A DNA stretch of 64,000 bases, taken from positions 6,310-70,309 of IMG/VR virus record IMGVR_UViG_3300034375_010899; one strand, 5' to 3'. Position numbers and translations under genes: made by a program. The notes beneath the pieces were generated by a model. The model worked only from the letters and a program-made list of their open reading frames with translations. It was not told the origin of the DNA and did not search any database. Below are positions 45,358 through 59,600 of the stretch, one piece after another. How positions within the stretch are numbered: the first letter of the stretch is position 1; each line of letters opens with the position of its first letter. The DNA is from a virus.

Positions 45358-45411
45358 ATAGAGATTCTTATATAAGAATCTATACGGTTTCTACCAACTA
45401 TGAGAGGTTGA

Positions 45412-47277
45412 ATGGCAGATCCAAATATTAGAATTAAAAGGTCTTCTGTACCTGGAAAAATACCAACGTTGGGGCAACTACCTCTAGGTGAGCTAGCCCT
45501 CAACACATATGACGCCGACCTCTTAGTTAGAAGAGAAAGAACCGGAATAGGCACTGACATTGTAAGAGTCGGTGCTGGGGCAACAGTATCTAATGTTTAT
45601 TATGTCACAAAAGACGGAAGCGATACAAATACAGGAAAAAAACTCGGAGACGCAAAAGGAACCCTCAAAGGAGCCCTTGCAATCGCAGAAGAAGGATCCA
45701 TTATTAGAATTACTGCTGGATCTTATATAGAAGATAATCCTTTAACTATACCAAAAAAAGTTTCTATAATTGGAGATAGTTTAAGAGAAGTAACTATTAC
45801 TCCACAGAATTCCAATCAAGATCTTTTTTATGTAAGAGAAGGTGCTTATGTTTCGGACATGTCTTTTAAAGGATCTGTAGATTCTGGAAAGGCTTGTGTT
45901 AGATTCGACCCTACAGTTGTTGGATTTACTTCACAATCTCCATACATTAGAAATTGTACAAACTTCATTTCCAATAGTATTGGAATGTTAATTGATGGTT
46001 CTGATTGTATCGGCAAATTGAAGAGTATGGTTGTAGACTCTTTTACACAATACAATCAAGGTGGCATTGGAGTCTCGATTACAAATGAAGGTTATGCTCA
46101 ATTAGTTTCATTATTTACCATTTGTAATGATATTTCTGTTTACTGCGGTTCTGGTGGTGCTTGTGATTTAACAAACTCCAACTCATCATTTGGAAATTAT
46201 GCTCTTATTGCTGATGGAGTAGGTCCTAAAAAATATACTGGGATTATTACCAGTGCTGCTTCAGCAAATTCCGATACATTTGTTTTGGATTTAAATGTTC
46301 CAACATTTAATGTTACGAATGCACTATACGATAATACAACTGGTCTTACAACGATAACGGTCAATTCCAATCACAACTTTAATGTTGGTATGGGACTGAC
46401 CATTTCTGGTCTTGGATTTACTTGCACATCTGATGGTGGAGTAACTACAGTAACATATCCATCAGGAAACAGTGGATATATTTTTGAAGTGGTTTCTATT
46501 CCAAGTTCCACATCGTTTGAAGTTTATGTTGGAGCATCAACTCTTCCCCACACATACACATCTGGAGGAACAGTTGCAATAAATGCAGTAAGACCATTTG
46601 ATGGGCAAGTGATTTATATTGAAGATTTATACTATACTGTCGATGATATCATTATTACTAATGGTGGTAGTGGATATACTGAAAACGTTTCAATTAGTAT
46701 TGATGGACCTTTAACTTCTTGGGGAGTTCCTGCAACAGCAGTTGCTGAAGTTAAAAATGGTCAAGTTGTTGATGTTGAAATTGTTTCTAATGGTAGAGGA
46801 TACACCCATACTCCATCAATTACTATTGCAGATCCTCAAGGAGCAGGAACAACTGCCATTGGAACTGCGGTTTTAATTCCAACATATTATTCTATTAAAG
46901 AATCTACACCAGTTGTTTCTGGCATTTGCACTATTACAGTAACTGAAAACGTTCCATATTCTGTTGGAGTTGGATCTACTGCGGTTTTCTTCAAACAAAG
47001 TAGAGTTCTTGCATCAGGTCATTCAATGGAATATATAGGTACAGGAACTGATATTGATACCGCATTTCCCCAAGCTGGAGGAATTCCAATTCAAGAGCAG
47101 GAAACTGATTCAAGAAATGGAGGACTTGTTGTATATACTTCAACAGATCAAGCAGGTAATTTTAGAATTGGTGATGGTGTTGTAGTTGACCAACAAACCG
47201 GAACTATTTCTGGGAGATTTTATTCTAAGAGTTTGTTTTCTACATTAACCCCATTCATTCTAGCATTAGGAGAATAA
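45412..47277 (+). CDS. fibre/spike protein with predicted beta-helix region
   Basis: IRIKRSSVPGKIP..L..GELALNT N-terminus; YYVTKDGSDTNTG, IIGDSLR, QSPYIRNCT. Confidence 0.7.
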   Translation: MADPNIRIKRSSVPGKIPTLGQLPLGELALNTYDADLLVRRERTGIGTDIVRVGAGATVSNVYYVTKDGSDTNTGKKLGDAKGTLKGALAIAEEGSIIRITAGSYIEDNPLTIPKKVSIIGDSLREVTITPQNSNQDLFYVREGAYVSDMSFKGSVDSGKACVRFDPTVVGFTSQSPYIRNCTNFISNSIGMLIDGSDCIGKLKSMVVDSFTQYNQGGIGVSITNEGYAQLVSLFTICNDISVYCGSGGACDLTNSNSSFGNYALIADGVGPKKYTGIITSAASANSDTFVLDLNVPTFNVTNALYDNTTGLTTITVNSNHNFNVGMGLTISGLGFTCTSDGGVTTVTYPSGNSGYIFEVVSIPSSTSFEVYVGASTLPHTYTSGGTVAINAVRPFDGQVIYIEDLYYTVDDIIITNGGSGYTENVSISIDGPLTSWGVPATAVAEVKNGQVVDVEIVSNGRGYTHTPSITIADPQGAGTTAIGTAVLIPTYYSIKESTPVVSGICTITVTENVPYSVGVGSTAVFFKQSRVLASGHSMEYIGTGTDIDTAFPQAGGIPIQEQETDSRNGGLVVYTSTDQAGNFRIGDGVVVDQQTGTISGRFYSKSLFSTLTPFILALGE

Positions 47278-47278
47278 T

Positions 47279-47608
47279 ATGGCATTAGCACTAAATGTAT
47301 TCCAAACAGTAACTGCTGTAGTTTCTTTAACGGAAACTGAGGTATATTCAGCACCAACTGGATATACTGGTGTTGTTCTTTTGGCACAAATTGCAAATAT
47401 TGGATCAACATCTGAAGATATTACATTAGTACATAGAAGAAGCACAACTGATACGGAATTATTGAAGGATTTTCCAATTTCCGGAAATGATACTGCAAAT
47501 TTATTAACTGGAAAATTGGTCCTTGAAAGTGGAGATAAATTAGTATTATCTGGCAGTAATGCTTCAAATTTAAAATTTGTTACAAGTATTTTAGAATCAT
47601 TAAATTAA
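47279..47608 (+). CDS. hypothetical structural protein
   Basis: VYSAPTGYTGVVL...KLVLESGD. Confidence 0.7.
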   Translation: MALALNVFQTVTAVVSLTETEVYSAPTGYTGVVLLAQIANIGSTSEDITLVHRRSTTDTELLKDFPISGNDTANLLTGKLVLESGDKLVLSGSNASNLKFVTSILESLN

Positions 47609-47631
47609 TCAATACATTTTTTTAACTCAAA

Positions 47632-50600
47632 ATGTCAAAGTATCTTAGCAATCGTCAAAAGAATTTAAAAGTCGGCATAAGTTCTTATTCCGAGAACAAA
47701 ACAACTGTTGAAGTTGTCGGTAAGGTTGGTATTGGGACTGCAGCAGCAACTGCTGACTTGGACATTAATGGCGATCTAAGATTGCGCGGAAGTTTATATG
47801 ATAGAGATAATCAAGTAGGTTCTCAGGGTCAAGTTTTAGTTTCTACTGGAGCAGGTGCAACTTGGACAAATATTGATGGAATAGAAACTATTGAAAATAT
47901 TATAAATACTACATTAACTGGTGTTGAAATTGAGGAAGAAGGTGTAGGTATTGGTACTGGTTACCATACCATAAATTTTGTTGGAGCAGGAGTTACTGCA
48001 ACTGGTGCTGGAACAACAGCAACTATCACCTTTACTCAGCAAGTAGGAATTCAAGGTACTCAAGGTGTTCAAGGCACTCAAGGTATCCAAGGTACTCAAG
48101 GTATCCAAGGTACTCAAGGAACACAAGGCACTCAGGGTGTTGATGGAATACAAGGTACTCAAGGCGTTCAAGGAACACAAGGTACTCAAGGTCTCCAAGG
48201 TACTCAGGGTGTTGATGGAATACAAGGTACTCAGGGCACTCAGGGGGTTCAGGGCACTCAAGGTGTTCAAGGAACACAGGGTACTCAGGGGGTTCAGGGC
48301 ACTCAAGGTACTCAAGGTATTCAAGGGACTCAAGGTATTCAAGGGACTCAAGGTACTCAAGGTATTCAAGGGACTCAAGGAACACAGGGAACTCAAGGTA
48401 CTCAAGGTACTCAAGGGACTCAAGGTATTCAAGGTATTCAAGGGACTCAAGGAACACAGGGAACTCAAGGTACTCAAGGTCTCCAAGGTACTCAGGGTCT
48501 TGATGGAATACAAGGTACTCAGGGTGTTCAAGGGACTCAAGGAACACAGGGAACTCAAGGTGTTCAAGGAACACAGGGAACTCAGGGGGTTCAGGGCACT
48601 CAGGGAGTTCAGGGCACTCAAGGTACTCAGGGCATTCAAGGGACTCAAGGAACACAGGGAACTCAAGGTGTTCAAGGAACACAGGGTACTCAGGGGGTTC
48701 AGGGCACTCAAGGAACTCAAGGTACTCAAGGTGTTCAGGGAACGACTGGTCCTGTAGCTGGATCTGCGGAACAAGTTGTATATAAAGATGGTTCGAATAA
48801 TCCAGCAGGATCGGATAATTTAACCTTTAATGGCAATGATTTATTTGTCGGTAGAGATGTTACTATAGGTAGAGATTTATATGTTGATGGAAGTGTAACA
48901 ATTGGTGGTACTTCTGCAACATTATTCACAGAAACTCTCAGAATCAGTGATGCGGACATTATTCTTGGATATAGAACTGATTCAAATGGAAATGATGCAT
49001 CAACTGATACAACAGCAAATCATGGTGGTGTTGCACTTGCATCAACAGAAGGTACTCCATTAGTCAGTCTTAATGTAGCAGGAATTGAAACTCTTCCTCC
49101 CACATATAAGAAGATTATGTGGTTCAAAGAAGGAACCTTCTCTGGTCTTGGAACTGATGCCTGGTTGACTAACTATGCTCTTGGAATTGGTCTGACTGAT
49201 ATGCTTTCCGGAACTGCTTTGGCAGTTGGTGGTGATATTGATATTCATGGTGCACTATATGATACAAACCACCTTAAGGGAGATTCTGGAGATATTCTAG
49301 TTTCGACTGGAACAGGTATATCTTGGACAGACCCATACGCAGCAGGAATACAGGGAACTCAAGGTGTTCAGGGTACTCAAGGTACTCAAGGTACTCAAGG
49401 TGTTCAGGGAACACAAGGAACTCAGGGTACACAAGGAACTCAGGGTACACAAGGTGCCCAAGGAACTCAAGGTACTCAAGGTGTTCAGGGAACACAAGGT
49501 ATTCAAGGCACTCAAGGTATTCAAGGTACTCAGGGAACTCAAGGTGTTCAGGGAACTCAAGGTGTTCAGGGAACACAAGGTACTCAAGGTACTACAGGTG
49601 TCCAAGGCACTCAAGGTGTCCAAGGCACTCAAGGTGTCCAAGGAACTCAGGGTGTTCAAGGAACACAAGGTACTCAAGGCACTCAGGGCATTCAAGGAAC
49701 TCAAGGTGTCCAAGGAACTCAAGGTGTTCAGGGAACACAAGGTACTCAAGGCACTCAGGGCATTCAAGGAACTCAAGGTGTCCAAGGAACTCAAGGTGTT
49801 CAGGGAACACAAGGTACTCAGGGCATTCAAGGAACTCAAGGTACTCAAGGTACTCAAGGCACTCAGGGTACACAAGGCATCCAAGGCATCCAAGGCACTC
49901 AAGGTACTCAAGGAACTCAAGGTACTCAGGGTACACAAGGTACTCAGGGCATTCAAGGTACTCAAGGTACTCAAGGTACTCAGGGTACACAAGGCATCCA
50001 AGGTATCCAAGGTATCCAAGGAACTCAAGGAACTCAGGGCATTCAAGGAACGCAAGGAACTCAAGGAACTCAAGGAACTCAAGGAACTCAAGGAACTCAG
50101 GGCATTCAAGGAACTCAAGGTACTCAAGGTACTCAAGGTACTCAAGGCATCCAAGGTATCCAAGGTACTCAAGGTACTCAAGGTACTCAAGGCATCCAAG
50201 GTATCCAAGGTACCCAAGGAACTCAAGGTGTCCAAGGAACTCAAGGTACTCAAGGAACTCAAGGTACTCAGGGTACACAAGGCATCCAAGGCATCCAAGG
50301 CACTCAAGGTACTCAAGGAACTCAAGGTACTCAGGGTACACAAGGCATCCAAGGCATCCAAGGCACTCAAGGTGTTCAAGGAAGACAAGGAACTCAGGGT
50401 ATTCAAGGTACTCAGGGAACTCAAGGTACTCAAGGCACTCAGGGTACAACGGGACCAGTAGCTGGATCAGCAAATCAAGTTGTTTACAAAAATAGTTCTA
50501 ATATTGCAACAGGTTCTACAAATTTAACTTTTGATGGAACTTCTCTATATGCAAATCAGATTAATGGACCAGCAACCTTTGTAATTGATCCAACAACAAT

Positions 50601-53600
50601 CGGTGACAACTCAGGAACTGTTGTTATAAAAGGTGACCTTCAAGTTGATGGACAAACAACAACAATAAATTCAACAGAACTTATTGTAGATGACTTAAAT
50701 ATCACTCTAGCTTCTGGTGCAGCAGATTCTTCCGCAGCAGATGGAGGTGGTATTACTCTTGATGGTGCAAATGCAAGTTTAACGTATGCATCCACTGGAG
50801 ATAAGTGGGTATTCAATAAAGCACCTTATTACAATGCTGCTAGGTTACTTACAACTTCCGATGAAGGAAGTGGAAATGGTTTAGATGCAGACACTGTAGA
50901 TGGTCTTGAGGCATCATCATTCTTCAGAGCAGATACTTCAAACTCTGTGGATGTAAGATTGTCAATTGGAAATGGTAGAGGTGTTAGATTCTTTGACAGT
51001 GATAACTATAAAATTTGGATGTCATCAAGTAATGATAGTACTTGGGGAGGAAGACTAGATTCGACTTCCGATTTTAATATGTACTTCAGGATGACTGGAG
51101 GTACAAACAGAGGATTCGTATTCCAAAATGGAACTTCTGAGTTGTTCCAGATTGAATCGGACGGTCAAGTAAGAGTTGCTTCTAATAACATTTATGCAGG
51201 TAATGCTAATACGGTATGGCACGCTGGTAATGATGGAGCATCATCAGGTTTAGATGCAGACTTGCTTGATGGACAAGAAGGTTCTTACTACATCAATACA
51301 TCGGCAAATTCTCAAACTAAAACTGGAGATTTGACCTTAAGTGGTAATTTAACCCTTTCAGGATCATTTATTGATTCGACAGTAAGTTCTGGAACTACAG
51401 GATACGTTTTACAGTCAACTTTAAGTGGAACTGAGTGGGTTGATCCCACGACTGTTGCTGGACTTCAAGGCATCCAAGGCACTCAAGGTATTCAAGGAAC
51501 TCAGGGAACTCAAGGTACTCAGGGAACTCAAGGTACTCAGGGAACTCAAGGTACTACAGGTGTCCAAGGAACACAAGGTACTCAAGGTCTTCAAGGAACA
51601 CAAGGTACTACAGGTGTCCAAGGAACTCAAGGTGTTCAGGGAACTCAAGGTACTCAAGGTCTTCAAGGAACTCAAGGAACTCAAGGCACTCAGGGCATTC
51701 AAGGAACTCAAGGTGTCCAAGGAACTCAAGGTGTTCAGGGAACACAAGGTACTCAAGGCACTCAGGGTACACAAGGCATCCAAGGCATCCAAGGCATCCA
51801 AGGTACCCAAGGAACTCAAGGTGTCCAAGGAACTCAAGGTACTACAGGTGTCCAAGGTACTCAAGGTACTCAAGGCACTCAGGGCATTCAAGGAACACAA
51901 GGTACTACAGGTGTCCAAGGAACTCAAGGTACTCAGGGAACTCAGGGTGTTCAAGGAACACAAGGTACTACAGGTGTCCAAGGTACTCAAGGTACTCAAG
52001 GCACTCAGGGAACTCAGGGTGTTCAAGGAACACAAGGTACTACAGGTGTCCAAGGTACTCAAGGTACTCAAGGCACTCAGGGCATTCAAGGAACTCAAGG
52101 AACTCAGGGAACTCAAGGTGTTCAAGGCAGACAAGGTACTACTGGACCAGTAGCAGGTTCTGCAAATCAGGTTGTATATAAGGATGCATCAAATAACCCA
52201 GCAGGTTCAGCAAACCTTACTTTTGATGGTGGAACACTTACTGCAAGCAATTTAACAGTTACTGGTGCTTCTACATTCCAAGGTAATGTAGATCTTGGTG
52301 ATAATGATAGATTGAGATTTGGTGATAGTCAAGACTTACAGATTTATCATAATGGATCTAATAGTGTTATTCAGGATACCGGAACTGGTTCTTTAATACT
52401 GGGCGGTTCAAATTCTGTAGAAATTAGAAATGGTGCAGTAAATGAAACTGCAGCAAAATTCATTACAGATGGAGCAGTAGAACTCTACTACGACAACTCC
52501 AAGAAATTTGAAACCACTGCTGATGGTATTTTAGTTAATCCAAATGTAGGTCTCGGAACAACAGCAGGAAATGCTGATGCAACTCAAGACCTTGCAGTAT
52601 TCAAAACTACAAATAGCAATTCATCACTACTCAAAATTACCGAAACAAGAGATGTAGATGGAACTAATTGGATTTCTGCTTATACCAGAATTCAGAAGAC
52701 CACTGATGTAACCGACCAGGCATATATCCAGTTCAATGGTGATGGTAATACCTATGGAATGGAATTTGGGACAATAGATGATGAAAAGTTTGCAGTATTC
52801 AGACGAGATGCAGAAGTAGAACTCTACTATGATAACTCTCTGAAATTTGAAACCACTGACTATGGAATCTATGTAACGGGTGCTGGGAATACATCAACAA
52901 TTGCAGGTGCAGCAAACCTTGTTCTTGATCCAACTGCTGTAGGTGATAATACAGGAACAGTTATCATCAAAGGCGATCTTCAAGTTGATGGAGATACCAC
53001 AACAATCAACTCTACAACTTTAACAGTAGACGATAAGAATATTACTCTTGCTTCTGGAGCAGTTAATGCTGCATCTGCAGATGGTGCAGGAATTACAGTC
53101 GATGGTTCCAATGCAACATTGACTTATGCATCCACTGGAGATAAGTGGGTATTCAATAAAGCACCTTATTACAATGCTGCAAGATTACTGACAACTTCAG
53201 ATGAAGGAAGTGGAAACGGACTTGATGCAGATACTGTAGATGGTCTTGAGGCATCATCATTCTTTAGAGCAGATGCTGGAAATACTGTAGATGCAAGAAT
53301 TGCCGCTGCTAATGGTAGAGGAATTAGATTCTATGATAATGATGGATATAAGATCTATATGTCATCATCGGCAGATGCAACTTGGGGAGGAAGATTAGAT
53401 ACAACTTCAGACTTTAATATGTACTTCAGAATGACTGGAGGTACAAACAGAGGATTCGTATTCCAAAATGGAACTTCTGAGTTGTTCCAAATTGAATCAA
53501 CAGGTCAATTAAGAGTTGCATCAAATAACATTTATGCAGGTAATGCTAATATCGTATGGCACGCAGGCAATGATGGGGCAAGTAGTGGATTAGATGCAGA

Positions 53601-56600
53601 CTTGCTTGATGGTCAGCAAGGTTCTTATTATATTAATACATCGGCAAATTCTCAAACTAAAACTGGAGATTTGACCTTAAGTGGCAATTTAACTCTATCT
53701 GGATCATTTACCGATTCTGCAGCAAGTTCTGGAACTTCAGGTTATGTTTTAAAATCAACCTCTACAGGAACTGAATGGGTTGATCCAACAACTGTTGCTG
53801 GACTTCAAGGCATCCAAGGCACTCAAGGTATTCAAGGAACTCAAGGAACTCAAGGAACACAAGGTACTCAAGGTCTTCAAGGAACACAAGGTACTACAGG
53901 TGTCCAAGGAACTCAAGGAACACAAGGTACTCAAGGTCTTCAAGGAACACAAGGTACTACAGGTGTCCAAGGAACTCAAGGAACTCAGGGAACTCAAGGC
54001 ATTCAAGGCACTCAGGGTACACAGGGCATCCAAGGAACACAGGGTACTCAGGGAACACAAGGTGTTCAAGGAACACAAGGTACTACAGGTGTCCAAGGTA
54101 CTCAAGGTACTCAAGGCACTCAGGGAATTCAAGGTACTCAGGGTATTCAAGGTACTCAGGGCATTCAAGGAACACAAGGAACACAAGGAACTACAGGTAC
54201 TACAGGTGTCCAAGGAACTCAAGGAACACAAGGTACTCAAGGTCTTCAAGGAACACAAGGTACTACAGGTGTCCAAGGAACTCAAGGAACACAAGGTACT
54301 CAAGGTCTTCAAGGAACACAAGGTACTACAGGTGTCCAAGGAACTCAAGGAACTCAGGGAACTCAAGGTCTTCAAGGAATACAAGGTACTACAGGTGTCC
54401 AAGGAACACAAGGTACTCAAGGTACTCAAGGTAGACAAGGTACTACAGGTACTACAGGTACTACAGGTGTCCAAGGTACTCAGGGAACTCAGGGAACTCA
54501 AGGAACTCAAGGTATTCAAGGAAGACAAGGAACTCAAGGTGTCCAAGGAACTCAAGGTACTCAGGGAACTCAGGGAACTCAAGGTACTACAGGACCAGTA
54601 GCTGGATCAGCAAATCAAGTTGTTTACAAAAATAGTTCCAATATTGCAACAGGTTCTGCAAATCTGACCTTTGATGGAACTTCTTTATATGCAAATCAGA
54701 TTAATGGACCAGCAACCTTTGTAATTGATCCAACAACAATCGGTGACAACTCAGGAACTGTTGTAGTTAAAGGTAATTTGCAGATTGATGGTACAACAAC
54801 AACTGTAAATTCAACCACAGTAACTATTGATGATAAGAATATTACTCTTGCTTCTGGTGCTGCCAATGCTGCAGCTTCTGATGGTGGTGGTATTACGCTT
54901 GATGGTTCTAGTGCTTCTATTACATATGCATCCACTGGAGATAAGTGGGTATTCAATAAAGCACCTTATTACAATGCTGCTAGGTTACTTACAACTTCCG
55001 ATGAAGGTTCTGGAAATGGTATCGATGCGGACACTGTAGATGGTCTTCAGGCATCATCATTCTTCAGAGCAGATGCTGGAAACAGTGTAGACGCAAGAAT
55101 TGCTGCCGCAGACGGACGGGGAATTAGATTCTATGATAATGATGCATATAAGGTCTATATGTCTGCTTCAGGAAATACAACCTGGGGTGGTAGATTAGAT
55201 ACAACTTCAGACTTTAATATGTACTTCAGAATGACTGGAGGTACAAACAGAGGATTCGTATTCCAAAATGGAACTTCGGAACTGTTCCAGATTGAATCTA
55301 CTGGACAACTAAGAGTTGCATCAAATAACATTTATGCAGGTAATGCTAATATCGTATGGCACGCTGGTAATGATGGATCGGGAAGCGGATTGGATGCGGA
55401 TTTACTAGATGGGCAGCAAGGTTCTTATTATATTAATACATCAGGAACTGCGCAGACAAAGACTGGTAATTTGACAATTAGTGGAGAAATTATTGCAAAT
55501 ACAGGAAACTTTATTTCGACGGTAGGTATTGGAACAATCATAGATATTATTCCTTATGATACTTTAAATTCTGGAACACTTTCCTTTGAAGCTTCTGCGG
55601 GACAGTTGTTCTCCATTACAAATAATCTCACATCAGGATCTATTTTCTCAGTTAATGATGTTTCTGGACTACCAAGCATTGATGTTAATGCTGATGGAAC
55701 AGTACAATTAGCACCTTTTGGATCTAATGAATATGTTGGAGTTGGAGTAACAAATCCAACACAAAAACTTCATGTAAATGGAAACCTAAGAGTTACTGGA
55801 GCATATTATGATTCCAATAATGATGCGGGAACATCGGGATACGTTCTCAAGTCAACTGCTACAGGAACTGACTGGGTAGATCCAACAACGGTTGCTGGAT
55901 TGCAGGGTATTCAAGGTACTCAGGGTATTCAAGGAACTCAGGGAACTCAGGGCACTCAGGGAACTCAAGGTAGACAAGGTACTACAGGTATTCAGGGCAC
56001 TCAGGGCACTCAGGGAACTCAAGGTAGACAAGGTACTACAGGTACTACAGGTACTCAGGGAACTCAAGGCACTCAAGGTATTCAAGGCACTCAGGGAACT
56101 CAAGGTAGACAAGGTACTACAGGTACTACAGGTACTCAGGGAACTCAAGGCACTCAAGGTATTCAAGGCACTCAGGGAACTCAAGGTAGACAAGGTACTA
56201 CAGGTACTACAGGTACTCAGGGAACTCAAGGTATTCAAGGTAGACAAGGTACTACAGGTACTACAGGTACTCAGGGAACTCAGGGAACTCAGGGCACTCA
56301 AGGTAGACAAGGTACTACGGGTACTACAGGTACTCAGGGCACTCAGGGCACTCAGGGAACTCAAGGTAGACAAGGTACTACAGGACCAGTAGCAGGTTCA
56401 GCAAATCAAGTTGTTTATAAAAATTCATCAAATGTTCCAACAGGTTCTTCCAATTTTACATTTGATGGTGATACTTTAACGGTAAATGGTGACGTTTCAA
56501 TTGCATCTACGGTTAGCATTGGTACAAGCATTGATATTATTCCAGATAATAGTACAGGAACACTTTCATTTGAAGGTTCTGCTGGACAATTATTCTCCAT

Positions 56601-59600
56601 TACAAATAATCTGACTACAGGTTCTATCTTTGCTGTTGGTGATGTTACGGGCATTCCAAGCATTGATGTTGATGCTGATGGAACAATTCAATTAGCACCT
56701 TACGGTTCAACTGAGTATGTTGGTGTTGGTGAAACAAATCCAACACAAAAACTTCATGTAAATGGAAACCTAAGAGTTACTGGAGCATATTATGATTCTA
56801 ATAATGATGCAGGAACATCTGGATATGTTCTTAAATCAACTGCTACAGGAACTGACTGGGTAGATCCAACAACGGTTGCTGGATTGCAGGGCACTCAGGG
56901 CACTCAGGGAACTCAAGGTAGACAAGGTACTACAGGTACTACAGGTACTACAGGTACTCAGGGAACTCAAGGTATTCAAGGTAGACAAGGTACTACAGGT
57001 ACTACAGGTACTCAGGGAACTCAAGGTATTCAAGGTAGACAAGGTACTACAGGTACTACAGGTACTCAGGGAACTCAAGGTATCCAAGGTCCTGGAGGAT
57101 TGACAACAACAAATGCAGATACTTTAGATAATTTAGATTCTACAGCATTCTTTAGAGCAAATACTGGAAATACTGTAGATGCTAGATTTGCTTCAGCAGA
57201 TGGAAGAGGTGTTAGATTCTATGATAATGATGCATATAAGGTCTATATGTCTACTTCAGGAAATACAACCTGGGGAGGAAGACTAGATTCGACTTCCGAT
57301 TTTAATATGTACTTCAGGATGACTGGAGGTACAAACAGAGGATTCGTATTCCAAAATGGAACTTCGGAACTGTTCCAAATTGAATCAACAGGTCAATTAA
57401 GAGTTGCATCAAATAATATCTACGCAGGCAATGCTAATACGGTATGGCACGCTGGTAATGATGGATCAGGTTCAGGACTTGATGCAGACTTACTTGATGG
57501 TTATTCAGCAAGTACTACAAGAAATGCCGCAAATACAATTCCAGTTAGAGACGGCAATGGTTATCTTCAGTTAGGGTGGATAAACACTACTAGCGGCGCA
57601 ACAACTTCAACTATAAACAAAATTTATGCTTCAAATGATGATTATATAAGGTATGTTACACCTGCCACTCTTATCAGTCAGTTGGGTATTTGGACCTCAG
57701 GTAACGATGGATCAGGTTCTGGTTTAGATGCTGATTTACTTGATGGCGAAAACTTGGTGGATAATGCTGCAACTGCAAATACTGTTGCGGGAAGAAATGC
57801 ATCCGGTGACATCTATGCAAGATTAATTCGCCAGACATTCGCGGATCAAAGTACAATTAACGGTGGAATAGTATTCCGTACTAATAGTAGCAGTGATAAC
57901 TATCTAAGAGTTTGTAATAGTACTTCTGCTATTCGCGCCTACTTGAATGTTCCAACAAGAACTGGTGGTGATGCTAGTGGAACTTGGGGAATTAATATTA
58001 CTGGTAGTGCTGGAACTTTAGACGGTATTGATAGTTCCCAGTTCTTGAGGTCTGATGCTGATGATACCACTACAGGCAATTTAGTAATAAGTGATAAGTA
58101 TCTGCGAGTAGGTAGACCTGTAAGCGATACTGCTTCTATGGTCAGAACAAATACTGCTCTTGAAGTATCTTCATTAGGAGTTGATCAAACAGCGTCTCAA
58201 ACTAATGTAATGCGTTTACTTAGAGATGGTACAAGTGGTGTAGTTTATGCTGGCGCTGCAGACTTTGATCTTTACAGACATACTGCAAGTGGTGTTGCAC
58301 CAAATGTTGGATTGGAAATAAAATTATCTACTTCTGATACATCAACTTATTATAGTGCATTAAAACTTCAAAGTAATGGAGTTATCCAAACTGGAGGAAA
58401 CACAATATGGCACGCAGGTAATGATGGTGCTGGATCTGGTTTAGATGCTGACTTACTTGATGGATTACAACCTTCAGTATCAGCATCAAATAACACAATA
58501 GTTCAAAGACATAGTTCTGGATACATTTACGCAAATTATTTCAACACCACTCCAAATGATGTTACATCTGGAGTAACAAAGGTTTGTGTTGAAACTGGAA
58601 ATGATGGTTTTATTAGACATGGTACTGCTGCTGCTATTAGAACATTTATTGGAGCAGGTTCTGGTGGTGGTCTTGATGCTGACTTACTTGATGGTCAACA
58701 AGGTTCCTATTATCTTAACTACAATAACTTATCTAACAAACCAACAATTCCAACTAATAACAACCAACTGACTAATGGTGCTGGTTATATAACCTCTAGT
58801 GGAAGTATTACTGGTAGTGCTGGAACTTTAGACGGTATTGATAGTTCCCAGTTCTTAAGATCTGATGCTAATGATACTTTCACTGGAAACCTGACTACTG
58901 GTGCAGATAATCACATTACTTTTGGTCCAAATAGTAGTTGGTCATCATATTTACGTGTTGGTGGTAACGGAAGAACTGCAACTGGTACAGAGATGGCAAG
59001 CGTTGTCACTACTGACGGAAACTTACATTTAGACGCTGCTGCTTCTACTAACGCTACATATTTAAATTATTACGCAGGTACTCAAGGTGTTGCATTCGGT
59101 AGTGGTAATTCGGCTACTGTTGCTTGGATGGGTCCAGATGGGGATCTTTGGAAAGGTAGTTCGGACAATAGTGGTAGTAAGTATTGGCACGCAGGCAATG
59201 ATGGAGCAGGTTCTGGTCTTGATGCAGACTTACTCGATGGACTGAGTAGTGGAAGCTTCTTTAGAGCAGATGCTGGAAACAGTGTAGACGCAAGAATTGC
59301 TGCTGCTGACGGTAGAGGCATCAGATTCTGGGATAGTGATAACTATAAAATTTGGATGTCCGCATCAGGAAATACGACTTGGGGTGGTAGATTAGATACC
59401 ACTTCCGATTATAATATGTACTTCAGGATGACTGGAGGTACAAACAGAGGATTCGTATTCCAAAATGGAACTTCCGAGTTGTTCCAAATTGAATCGACAG
59501 GTCAATTAAGAGTTGCTTCAAATAATATCTACGCAGGCAATGCTAATATTGTATGGCACGCAGGTAATGATGGATCAGGTTCTGGTCTCGATGCTGACTT

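Noticed and set aside
47914-57103. Many long alternative-frame and antisense ORFs (LKVLK, STLS, LEYLE and SRYSR repeats)
   Set aside because: Stop-free shadows of the 9-bp collagen repeats
50920-59580. Diversity-generating retroelement VR/TR pair
   Set aside because: All copies are in-frame coding, differences are not adenine-restricted, and there is no reverse transcriptase in the window
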